Shown here in pieces: positions 54,772-63,746 of a stretch of 64,000 nucleotides of DNA (the first letter of the stretch is position 1; each line of letters begins with the position of its first letter). The stretch spans positions 1,393 to 65,392 of the IMG/VR virus record IMGVR_UViG_3300025575_000014; one strand, given 5' to 3'. Position numbers and translations under genes: made by a program. Below the pieces are notes generated by a model. That model searched no databases. It had not been told where the DNA came from and was given only the letters and a program-made list of their open reading frames with translations. Origin of the DNA: a virus. Its lineage: Duplodnaviria; Caudoviricetes.

Positions 54772-56280
54772 CTATATTGAATACATTACTTCTGTTTGCT
54801 TAATTGTAAAATCTGAACCATTAACATTTTGAAATTTAAAACTTATTACCTTGCCTTTGTTTTTTAGTTTTACTTTGTAAGGTGTGAAATCAGTAGTTAA
54901 AGCTATAGTTTTGGTTTTAATCTTCTTTTCTGAGATAACACTAAGCAATATAGAGCCTGTTCCTTTTGCTACGAAATGCAACGATTGAACACTCTTTTTT
55001 AAGTCTAATTCTCCGAAAGTATAATCTCCTGTATGCCAACTTGCATCAATTGTTCTAGTATTGAATGTGTTAACCGTTTCATCATATTTAAATACTTTAT
55101 TCTCTTTGTTAATAAACAATAATTCACCGTTTTGTACTAAGAAATCATTGACCTCAAAACCTCTTTTAACCATGAAAGTATCGTTAATCATATCGTACTC
55201 GATGATTACATTATTATCCCAAACCGAATCCGGTCCTTTTATAGCCAAAATATATTTGTTTTTAAATATGATCGCGGTTGACACTCCCATATCAATCGAG
55301 CCACGAGGTATAGCTTTAAATTCTTCTTGAATCTTTTGAGATAAATATTTTATACTTACACCATTGAAAAGAAAAATTCCAACATCGGTTGCAAAGAATA
55401 TACCCGAGTTGTAACTTCTAATCGTCTTGTTACATATCGTACCTTGAACATTATCCGCTATTTGTGACACTGTGTAATTAGCCGGACTACTACCGTATAT
55501 ACGATAAATATTATTAGTTTTAAATACAATAACATCTTCAAATAAACCTTTAATTCCAACTATAATCCCATTATCCCATGTAGGAATTTCGATAAATCCT
55601 CCATGTTGATTTGCTTGACCTTCTGCAATCGGCATTGTAAAGTCCTCTGGATCAAATGCAGCACTAAACCATACAGTATTAAATAAACTACCGCCGCATA
55701 TCCACAATCGTTCTTTATATAATTCTAGAAATTGACCAGCGGGAGCTGAGTTATCATCGCTAGCAACAGAACCCGAACCATTCTTTTTAAGTCTTCTCAT
55801 TTTATTAGAAGCAATTCCGGCAACACTAATATCTATATCCTCAATTACTTTTACAACCGTCCATATATTAGACATAATTGTCATAAACTTCTCACCTGTT
55901 TGATAATTTACAAAATCGGCAACGGAGCTATTGTCGCCAGCATCATCATCTAATATTTTAACGAATGTATTGTCTCGCTGATTTAAAATATAATTATCGC
56001 CTTTTAAATCGTTGACAAGCACAATCCCTAATTCTCCATTGAAATATTCTGTATTTGCATTATAGTAATTATATAAACATCTAAGTTCAATACGTAAATC
56101 TTCATTATAAGTACCAAAAAAAGCAGGATTAAAAACCGAATATCCTTTACATAAACTCAAATTGCCTTTATTTAGGTCACAATTCTGTGATTCGGAAGCT
56201 TCGTTTAATTTTAAGTATTGAGCATCAACATATTCATTAATACCACCATCAAAGGCTAATGTCATTCTCTTTTCAGCCAT
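54772..56280 (-). CDS. Podovirus tail nozzle/stabilisation protein (P22 gp10/T7 gp12-like)
   Basis: FDGGIN N-terminus, YKERLWICG, VWFSA..DPEDF, VFKTNNIYRIYG, GTIC..TI, FFATDVGIFLFNG, ASWHTG; follows the adaptors. Confidence 0.75.
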   Translation of the reverse strand: MAEKRMTLAFDGGINEYVDAQYLKLNEASESQNCDLNKGNLSLCKGYSVFNPAFFGTYNEDLRIELRCLYNYYNANTEYFNGELGIVLVNDLKGDNYILNQRDNTFVKILDDDAGDNSSVADFVNYQTGEKFMTIMSNIWTVVKVIEDIDISVAGIASNKMRRLKKNGSGSVASDDNSAPAGQFLELYKERLWICGGSLFNTVWFSAAFDPEDFTMPIAEGQANQHGGFIEIPTWDNGIIVGIKGLFEDVIVFKTNNIYRIYGSSPANYTVSQIADNVQGTICNKTIRSYNSGIFFATDVGIFLFNGVSIKYLSQKIQEEFKAIPRGSIDMGVSTAIIFKNKYILAIKGPDSVWDNNVIIEYDMINDTFMVKRGFEVNDFLVQNGELLFINKENKVFKYDETVNTFNTRTIDASWHTGDYTFGELDLKKSVQSLHFVAKGTGSILLSVISEKKIKTKTIALTTDFTPYKVKLKNKGKVISFKFQNVNGSDFTIKQTEVMYSI

Positions 56281-56292
56281 GATTTTACCTCC

Positions 56293-56892
56293 TTATAAAA
56301 CATCAATTACGTCTGAATAATCCGAAACATAACTGTCTCTTGGAATCGAGTTATAAACACTCATATACAAGTCGTAATAGAGTTGATTATCTGTTATTAG
56401 AAACAACGCATAATACATTAACCCTTGATGATAAATCGCGCTTATAGTAGGAATATCGGTATCAAGTTTAAGTTCTATAGGCTTAATACCATACACAAGT
56501 TTTATATTGGTTACATTGCAACCTAACAGTACATCATCTCTTATCATAATTCCGTTTGCTTTCAATTCAATGTAATGACGAGGTATTTTAATAATAGTTT
56601 CATTAGAAACTTCCGTTGGTGAAATTATAGTAATGCCATCTTCTGCGTAAACTATTGGAATGATTTCCGTTGCGGTTACATAAAGTGAATGATAAGTCAG
56701 AAAGTCTGCTGGTAACTCTAAGGTATTAGTAAGAGGAATCAAATAATTTTGTTCTCCTATACTGCAATCTTTTTCTGCAAATACAACATAAGCTTGATTA
56801 ATAGCACTTTTAATTAATGCCATTTCCGAATTTTCATTCCCTTTTAATTTGAGTTTCCCTTTTATAACATCTTGAATATCTTTAAATCTCAT
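56293..56892 (-). CDS. Head-tail adaptor/ring protein paralogue 3
   Basis: MRFKDI..., AINQA, LELPADF, YHQGLMYYALF. Confidence 0.65.
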   Translation of the reverse strand: MRFKDIQDVIKGKLKLKGNENSEMALIKSAINQAYVVFAEKDCSIGEQNYLIPLTNTLELPADFLTYHSLYVTATEIIPIVYAEDGITIISPTEVSNETIIKIPRHYIELKANGIMIRDDVLLGCNVTNIKLVYGIKPIELKLDTDIPTISAIYHQGLMYYALFLITDNQLYYDLYMSVYNSIPRDSYVSDYSDVIDVL

Positions 56893-57401
56893 TGTTTAAC
56901 CTTCGGGTTTGTTATTCCAATTATAGAATTAAACTCACTCAAAAGGGAACTTGCAGCGGTAAAATTATTAACTAATGTTTGATAATGGTAAGCACCATAA
57001 GCGGCCAACACACTATGGAAAATAGCTTTTGCTTCTGGTTCTTTATCTCCATCTAATTTTAAATCCATGTCTAATGGGATATAATTATAAATCATTGTCA
57101 AGACACCTACCAAGTCACTATCGCTTACCAAAATATAATCATCACCTATATAAAAATCATTCTCTGATAGTTTCATTCCATCGGAAGTTAGCAGCATTGA
57201 TAGAGATAGAAAATCTATCGGCATACTTGAAGGAATATTTAAAACTGTTGTGATAGTTGAAGTCTTGAATTTTTTACTTTGTGTAGCGATAAGCTTTATT
57301 CCTGCATTAATTCCAGCCATAACGACTGATTCAATTTGCTTATCTCCTTCTTTAGCATTTATACGATTCAATGCTAATTTATATATTTCTTTAAGCTTCA
57401 T
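56889..57401 (-). CDS. Head-tail adaptor/ring protein paralogue 2
   Basis: MKLKEIYKLA..., GINAG, SMPIDF, FHSVLAAYGAY. Confidence 0.65.
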   Translation of the reverse strand: MKLKEIYKLALNRINAKEGDKQIESVVMAGINAGIKLIATQSKKFKTSTITTVLNIPSSMPIDFLSLSMLLTSDGMKLSENDFYIGDDYILVSDSDLVGVLTMIYNYIPLDMDLKLDGDKEPEAKAIFHSVLAAYGAYHYQTLVNNFTAASSLLSEFNSIIGITNPKVKQ

Positions 57402-57909
57402 TTTTGCCACCTCCATTATTCGCAATCATATTAAATTCATTTAAAAACATTGTTGCTGATTGATATTGCTTTTGGCTTAAAGTGTACGAGTATGAAGCAT
57501 AAGCCGCTAACGCAATACAGTAAATATCTTTTAAATCTATTGTAGCGGTTACATCCGTTATTTTAACAGGAACAAAAATATATGTTAAATCGAATGTTCC
57601 GCTTGTTATATCTTCGATTTTTGGAATAACAAGGTCACCAATTAACTCGTAATCCGTTATCGACATAACCCCATACACTGAATGTTTTAGTTCTACTAAA
57701 CCAAAATAGTCAGTAGGAAGTTTTATTTTTTCGGCATAAGGCAAGGTTGCTACTTTGGTTTTTTTGTCTTTGGTCATTGCAAGTAGTCCGATACCTTGAT
57801 TTATTGATGCAGTAAAGATCGTATCCATTTGAATGTCTGCATCTGTTCCTATTTCGGGTTCTTCATCAACCCTGTAATATGCTAAATCTAAAATTTCTCT
57901 AAGTGTCAT
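57391..57909 (-). CDS. Head-tail adaptor/ring protein paralogue 1
   Basis: MTLREILDLA..., SINQG, IKLPTDY, YCIALAAYASY. Confidence 0.65.
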   Translation of the reverse strand: MTLREILDLAYYRVDEEPEIGTDADIQMDTIFTASINQGIGLLAMTKDKKTKVATLPYAEKIKLPTDYFGLVELKHSVYGVMSITDYELIGDLVIPKIEDITSGTFDLTYIFVPVKITDVTATIDLKDIYCIALAAYASYSYTLSQKQYQSATMFLNEFNMIANNGGGKNEA

Positions 57910-57968
57910 TTATTCACCGCCTTTTGTATTAAAATAGACACCCTTTCGAGTGTCTTAAATTGTAATAT

Positions 57969-58649
57969 TTAGTTACTGTAGTTGTTGCATTGCAATTTAT
58001 GAAATTCATTATAATAATTTTCAGCATCTTTTCTAGCTTGAATTGCTTTTTCTATCGTTTCAAAACTTCCTAAATGCTTTTTAACACCATCGCGTGTTAT
58101 GTGTGCGCGAAAATGTGTTTTACCACTAGTACATACACCTTTGTGCTTCAATTTATTGTTTTTATTAAGGCTTCTATTTTGTTCTTGTATAAAATAGTCT
58201 GCCCATCTACAGTTGCTAGGTGAATAATCCTTTAATGGATTAATTCTATCTATCGTTAGCTTTTCAGCATATCCATTTTCTAAAGTCCATTCGAGAAAAG
58301 GCTGAAAATCATTTTCCCACTCTTTACAAACTCTAATGCCCTTGCCACCATATCTTTCATAATTATCAGTTTTAGGATTATTACACCTATTCACCATACA
58401 TTTATATATTCCATATATTCTTTTATATTTTATTGTATTACCTTTTTGAGTATGTCTTTCACAACCACAACTTTTATCCGGTTTGCGTTTAGGTAAACCT
58501 ATTAAGCGCGACTTTTGCAAAACGATTTCATTTCCACAATCGCATTTGCATAACCATGAACTCCCTCTATTATCTTGATAATTTAATTTTACAACAGTTA
58601 AATGTCCAAACACTTTATTGGTTAAATCTACTGTTTTTATATCAATCAC
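57969..58649 (-). CDS. Free-standing HNH-AP2 homing endonuclease (probable ATA start at 58640)
   Basis: FGHLTVV...WLCKCDCG, MVNRCNNP...YGGKGIRVC.EW, TIDRIN..KDYSPSNCRWA, C-terminal AP2 KHLGSFETIEKAIQARKDAE; own promoter TTGTAT-N17-TACAAT. Confidence 0.9.
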   Translation of the reverse strand: MIDIKTVDLTNKVFGHLTVVKLNYQDNRGSSWLCKCDCGNEIVLQKSRLIGLPKRKPDKSCGCERHTQKGNTIKYKRIYGIYKCMVNRCNNPKTDNYERYGGKGIRVCKEWENDFQPFLEWTLENGYAEKLTIDRINPLKDYSPSNCRWADYFIQEQNRSLNKNNKLKHKGVCTSGKTHFRAHITRDGVKKHLGSFETIEKAIQARKDAENYYNEFHKLQCNNYSN

Positions 58650-58740
58650 CTCTTACATATATTGTAACATAAAAGGTGACGTAATACAATACTTTTACGA
58701 ATCAATGTTGCACATTTTTTTCCTATTATGAAACTATCCA

Positions 58741-60429
58741 TTAAACACCAACATGTGATAAAGCAATTTGACCAGACGCTTGTACTTTTGCTCTACCCCA
58801 AACTGTTACACCAGATGTAGTTAACTGGTACTGTATAATTACTCTATTATTTGTTGTAGTTACAAACTGTACTGCATAACGAGTACCAGTTCCACCTACT
58901 TCATCAGTGCCTAAAACAGCTACTGTAACTATCCCTGAAGTATTACCAACTCGACTAATTACTCTTTTATATCTAGCATACATAGCACCAAAACTATAAT
59001 CATATCCACTAAATTCAATGTCAATCATAAATGCTCCACCTTCGTTAGCAAGCAAATCAAAGTAACCTAGCGTTACCCATGTCCCAACAACATTAGCATA
59101 AAATGGTGTCGTAAATCCATGGTCTACTTCGCCTGATTGACTTGGCCAAGATGAAAGTTTACGATTATCTCTTACTAAATCAACACTAGTCATTGAACCA
59201 ATATTTTGTTTAGCTATATTAACGCCTTGCGTTCCTACGCCAGTATCATTCCCACCAGCTAAAGTAACTAATGCACCAGTATATACTGCTTTTTGCCAAA
59301 TATTTGTGCCAACAACAAGATTGTGCATATTGTAAGCAACAATACCACCACTTGGAACACCCTTAAAAGTACAACCCCCAATATAAACATTTCCTATATT
59401 ATCTGCGTGTGTAGTGTCGGCTGAACCAATAAGCATAGCAACCGCACTTGTCCCAGAGCCTTGAAATACAACACCATTAAATGTAAGATCATACATGCCG
59501 CTTAAAAGAGATGAACCCTTTTGACCTATCCGAACAGGAGCAACACTACAGGAAGATATTCCTCCACCAATAACCATAAATTCAACGGTTGTGCATCCAT
59601 CGGCAACCATAATATCTAAACCATAATTAAAAGCACCTATGCCACTTGCTCCTGGTCCTGTTCCCGCAACAATTTTATTGTTTGACCAACGGATTCCACC
59701 ACCACTTTCCCATCTTACTGCGGAAATTGCATTAGTTTTTCTCCCCAACATAGCGACAACGCAATTACATATGCCTTGGTCTCCGAAATCTCCCTCTCCA
59801 GCATTATCGTTTAAAAAGTACATTCCATAATTAACTGGGTCATAAAAATGGCAAGAGTCTATTGTTCCAAATCTGCCTTCGACTTGTATATCATTAAAAA
59901 ATCCTTGAACTGTAACCCTAGATAAAGCATGGTTATGTCCTGAGTTCATTTTAATTCCAGTACCTGCGGTCGGGTTGCCTATAAATGTATTTATTACCGC
60001 AAAATCAACTAAAATTGTTCCTGCTGAATTAGTTGTTAAACAATCAGCAGTTGCGGATGAACAACGAAACCCACTAATAGCAATTCCAGGGAACGTTCCA
60101 CCTTGATTAGTGGATATTAGTCTACCACCAACACCACTTATTTTTAATGTTCCATTTACCATAAGTCCACCGCTCGGAATATAATACATTCTAGTAAGCC
60201 TAACCTCGCCACCAATTGCAACCGCTCCATCAATAGCTTGTTGGACAAAACTTGTATCGTCTACGCCAGCACTATATGTTGATGATGCACCGTAATTTTC
60301 AGGCATGAAGTATGTCACTTTTTTAGCCAAGTCCGACGTATTAGATTCAAGTTGATTCTCGATTTTATTCATATTTATAGCATTTACATCGGTAGTTCCG
60401 TCTACCCAGTTTGTTTTGGAATAACTCAT
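58741..60429 (-). CDS. Tailspike with right-handed beta-helix (putative polysaccharide depolymerase)
   Basis: N-terminal anchor YSKTNWVDG..INMNKIE, ENYGA...DDTSFVQQAID pectin-lyase-like start, Gly/Asn-rich parallel beta repeats. Confidence 0.75.
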   Translation of the reverse strand: MSYSKTNWVDGTTDVNAINMNKIENQLESNTSDLAKKVTYFMPENYGASSTYSAGVDDTSFVQQAIDGAVAIGGEVRLTRMYYIPSGGLMVNGTLKISGVGGRLISTNQGGTFPGIAISGFRCSSATADCLTTNSAGTILVDFAVINTFIGNPTAGTGIKMNSGHNHALSRVTVQGFFNDIQVEGRFGTIDSCHFYDPVNYGMYFLNDNAGEGDFGDQGICNCVVAMLGRKTNAISAVRWESGGGIRWSNNKIVAGTGPGASGIGAFNYGLDIMVADGCTTVEFMVIGGGISSCSVAPVRIGQKGSSLLSGMYDLTFNGVVFQGSGTSAVAMLIGSADTTHADNIGNVYIGGCTFKGVPSGGIVAYNMHNLVVGTNIWQKAVYTGALVTLAGGNDTGVGTQGVNIAKQNIGSMTSVDLVRDNRKLSSWPSQSGEVDHGFTTPFYANVVGTWVTLGYFDLLANEGGAFMIDIEFSGYDYSFGAMYARYKRVISRVGNTSGIVTVAVLGTDEVGGTGTRYAVQFVTTTNNRVIIQYQLTTSGVTVWGRAKVQASGQIALSHVGV

Positions 60430-60554
60430 CTTGTTTCACCTACTTTAAACATTCCAACTTTACACATACCAGCTTTAACCGTTGTTCTAACTGGCGTAAC
60501 TGGTGTACCTTTCTTATTGTTTTTCAATATTAAATTTATTAGTTTAATATCCAT
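60426..60554 (-). CDS. 42-aa virion-associated hypothetical protein
   Basis: Manual ORF coupled to both neighbours. Confidence 0.5.
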   Translation of the reverse strand: MDIKLINLILKNNKKGTPVTPVRTTVKAGMCKVGMFKVGETR

Positions 60555-60799
60555 TATGACAACCAATATCTAACAATAGACGTACCTGTTAAGGTCTTGT
60601 AATAGAGTTTATTAAATGTGTCTCTTCTGTCCTGCAATGGGATTGTTTCACCTGTTTTATATGTTTGATAATTCGAATTATCATTTATACTAATTTCAAC
60701 GTCTGCATCAACTGCAAGTATTAATGTAGGGAAAAGATTACTACTTAATGCGATGCTTTGTTCTGTAGCGGTTGCGTAAAGTTTGCCTGTTTTAACCAT
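60554..60799 (-). CDS. Small beta-rich structural protein
   Basis: 81 aa, AGGAGG RBS, follows the major capsid gene. Confidence 0.6.
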   Translation of the reverse strand: MVKTGKLYATATEQSIALSSNLFPTLILAVDADVEISINDNSNYQTYKTGETIPLQDRRDTFNKLYYKTLTGTSIVRYWLS

Positions 60800-60856
60800 G
60801 ATAAAAACCTCCTATTAAATAAAAATAAAGGAAGGACCTAAGCCCTCCCTTTTTGA

Positions 60857-61816
60857 TTAAGCTGATGGTGGAATGTTACCAATCACCCATCTCCAATCAT
60901 TCCAACCGTTGCTAAATCGCATATAGCCTCGAATCATCCAATTGTCTGTATTTAAGTCAACCCATGATTTAGTTTCAAGTGGTGTTCTGTCCACCCAAAA
61001 AAGGTTCTTCGCTTTCCACCTGCTATCTAACCCGTACCAACTTGTAGGATTATCTAGGAAATCGGAAATGATAACCTTGTACTTAGAGAACTTAGGATTA
61101 ACATTACCATTAGGAGAATCATAACCGTTCGGTGTACCTAAAATTTCCCAAGCAACATCTCTCAATTCAAATGGTACAACAATTGTGTCCATCTTGAAAT
61201 TACCTTTGATACCACTATCAGTAACAAAATTCTTAAACATGTTTTCGACAAGTGTTAAATTCGCTGGTGTAAGTGGTAAAGCGGTTAAGTTACTTTGAAC
61301 TTTACCCTTCTTGGTTTTTGAAGGATGAGAAGTTGAACATAATTCTTTACCATCTGCACCTAGCAGACTATAAGACTTTCCGTTTGCAGTAGTGTACGCG
61401 GTTTCAGTACAATAGTTGAAAGGTAAATGAACAAATCTTTCTTTAGTTCTATTTGCGCTATCCATGAGTGTACCTGCTTGATTCTGCATATCTATTAATT
61501 GAGCATCATCAATAGTTTCGCGTTTAATTTGAATACCCTTCTTGAAAACTTCGGGAGTGAATGTCTTAGTGTAACCTTCCTCCATACCCTCGAATGGAAC
61601 CTCTGCATCTGTCATTTCAAACTCGCCAATGCCTGTCATTCCTCCGATACTTTCTGAATAATGCTTAGAATCCTTTACTGTATAAAACTCTTTAAGTAAT
61701 GAATCTTGAGCGTTATCCGATTCCTCTTTACTCATATATGCCATAAGTGGACCTTCAAAACGTCCAATCGCTAAATCTATTTTTCCTGCGGTTGCTTTAA
61801 TAATCAACTCTATCAA
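60857..61816 (-). CDS. Major capsid protein (HK97 fold, Mu gpT-like; probable TTG start at 61807)
   Basis: KGIQIKRETIDD, GADGKELCSTSHP, MDTIVVPFELR, SDFLD...SWY, RGYMRFSNGWNDWRWVIG; preceded by scaffold and decoration genes. Confidence 0.85.
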   Translation of the reverse strand: MIELIIKATAGKIDLAIGRFEGPLMAYMSKEESDNAQDSLLKEFYTVKDSKHYSESIGGMTGIGEFEMTDAEVPFEGMEEGYTKTFTPEVFKKGIQIKRETIDDAQLIDMQNQAGTLMDSANRTKERFVHLPFNYCTETAYTTANGKSYSLLGADGKELCSTSHPSKTKKGKVQSNLTALPLTPANLTLVENMFKNFVTDSGIKGNFKMDTIVVPFELRDVAWEILGTPNGYDSPNGNVNPKFSKYKVIISDFLDNPTSWYGLDSRWKAKNLFWVDRTPLETKSWVDLNTDNWMIRGYMRFSNGWNDWRWVIGNIPPSA

Positions 61817-61867
61817 CTCCTAATTTTTATTCTTTTGCATTAAAAAAAGCCTTAGATTTCTAAGACT

Positions 61868-62254
61868 TTAAAATGTTATTACCGCTCTGTTCTTAACTGG
61901 ATTATATGAAACAATTTCGATTGCTCCTGTTGTTAAATTGCCACTGTCTATGCTCAAACCATCTGAGGATATTGCTACAGTTTGCATTCCTACAACTGGT
62001 GTTCCTGTGCCTGTTACATCACATTTATATTTATTATCTTTCCTGATTTTGAGATATTCCGTTTTTACGCTAATTCCTCCTGCGGTGTCTGCATTTAAAA
62101 TCGCATAAGGTGTAACCAATGGTGTAGCTTTTGTAAGCCTACCAGCAACCACCATAACCAACTCACCACTAACACCCGTTTCATTGTCCTTCATTAGTAT
62201 TGAACTTTCTGTATTCATATTGGGTACATAGATTGCACTGTGAAAATCGAACAT
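61868..62254 (-). CDS. Capsid decoration/cement protein
   Basis: 128 aa, Gly/Thr/Val-rich, between scaffold and capsid (lambda D-like position). Confidence 0.6.
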   Translation of the reverse strand: MFDFHSAIYVPNMNTESSILMKDNETGVSGELVMVVAGRLTKATPLVTPYAILNADTAGGISVKTEYLKIRKDNKYKCDVTGTGTPVVGMQTVAISSDGLSIDSGNLTTGAIEIVSYNPVKNRAVITF

Positions 62255-62272
62255 TTTATTACCTCCTTGTTT

Positions 62273-63289
62273 CTATTGCATATTTGCTTTGACAAAAGCC
62301 ATGGCTTGTTTTTCTGTGAAGCCCATAGACTTATAGGTAGACATTGTTTCTGCATCAATGAAAGTATCGTTTGAAGCACTAGAGTTACTTTCTTTCTCTG
62401 TCTTTAGGTGCTTCTTGGAGTTAAGCTTATTTAGTGTCTCTTGTCTTGCTATTTCTTTGGCTTTTTTGGTAATTTTTTCTTTGATTTTTCCTTCATTAAC
62501 TAATTTGAAAGCATCCATTAATTCGTAACCTTTCTCATACTTAGCCCAAACTTCATTGCTTATATCTTCTGGCTTTGTGATTAGATCAGGGAATGCTTTT
62601 TCTAAAGCGGTGTATTCAACTAATAATTTTTCATCATCAATAGGCTTTTCTTTAATTTCTTCCTTAGGTTCAATGACTTCTTTGGGTTCTGCTATCTCTG
62701 CGCCTTTTGTGATAAATTTTGCAGCGGCTAACATTGCAGCATAATTAGGATCAAGTGATATAGCATCTTGAATGGCTTTAACATCATAGCCTTTCTCTTC
62801 AAGTTCTTTGACCTTATTGTCCATAATCTGCGTATCCATCATTTTCCTATAAGAATCAAAATCCTTAACCCCAACATCGCCAAAATTCCTAACCGCCCAT
62901 TCATCATTTTCTTGCTTTAGTTTTTGAAACTCTTTCTTTTGTCTTCTAAGTTCTGCGAATGCCGCATTAGTTTTATCAGATTGTTTGATTTCGTCTGGGG
63001 TTTCTTCAAGTTCTTCAACTTCATCCTCAACAACTTCCTCAACTTCATCTTCGAGTTCTTCAACCTTTTCTTCTTTTTCCTCAACATCATCTCTTAACCA
63101 ATCAGGAACATCATTATTCCTAACACCATTAAAGAGGTTTTCTTCGTCAACATTATTTTCAATCGGTTCGGTGGTTTCCGATTCTTCTACACCTGTGTCG
63201 GCGAATAGTTGTAAATTCATTATTAACTTTGGTTCTATATCAGCAGATTTAGCGGCTTTCTGCATTTCTACGCTTGATTTTTTATTCAT
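62273..63289 (-). CDS. Capsid scaffolding protein
   Basis: Highly acidic, NLQLFAD motif, NAAFAELRR, basic C-terminus; start MNKKSS after AAAGGA. Confidence 0.8.
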   Translation of the reverse strand: MNKKSSVEMQKAAKSADIEPKLIMNLQLFADTGVEESETTEPIENNVDEENLFNGVRNNDVPDWLRDDVEEKEEKVEELEDEVEEVVEDEVEELEETPDEIKQSDKTNAAFAELRRQKKEFQKLKQENDEWAVRNFGDVGVKDFDSYRKMMDTQIMDNKVKELEEKGYDVKAIQDAISLDPNYAAMLAAAKFITKGAEIAEPKEVIEPKEEIKEKPIDDEKLLVEYTALEKAFPDLITKPEDISNEVWAKYEKGYELMDAFKLVNEGKIKEKITKKAKEIARQETLNKLNSKKHLKTEKESNSSASNDTFIDAETMSTYKSMGFTEKQAMAFVKANMQ

Positions 63290-63474
63290 GTATTTCCTTT
63301 CTAAATCATGATTTTCGCCCTTTTCATCTGGGGATTTTAAAGCATGACAAAATACATAGTCTTTGCTATGTGTCATTGCAAGCGAGTGCTTACTTGCCTA
63401 TACGGTAATTTAAAACATAAACAAACACTTGCAAAATAAAGAGCATAAAAAAAGAACTTACAATTAAGTAAATT

Positions 63475-63624
63475 CTATTTGCCACTCTTACCAGTTCTTA
63501 GATCGTTTCCAGTAATCCATACAGAAGTTTCTGTTGGCGCTCCTGTAGCTGAACCACTTACACCTCTGCCACTTACGGGCATTTGTTTACCGTTGTTACT
63601 GTTGTTACCATTGTCTTTAGCCAT
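63475..63624 (-). CDS. 49-aa Gly-rich head-region protein
   Basis: MAKDNGNN...GNDLRTGKSGK after AAAGGTGGTG RBS. Confidence 0.6.
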   Translation of the reverse strand: MAKDNGNNSNNGKQMPVSGRGVSGSATGAPTETSVWITGNDLRTGKSGK

Positions 63625-63746
63625 TAATAACACCACCTTTCATATATCGAATTGCAGTATAGGCAGAACCCTGCGTTAATACATACTCTTGACTTTGTGT
63701 ATTCTTAATGCTCACTTATTGAGGAACTCTTACCTCGCCTATACTT

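Noticed and set aside
529-63679. Many opposite-strand ORFs in the track (e.g. 529-819, 3676-4047, 7592-7975, 20200-20688, 41587-41907, 45150-45491, 52240-52716, 62985-63311)
   Set aside because: They lie antisense to well-supported genes, lack RBSs and show the Ser/Phe/Leu-rich composition of shadow frames.
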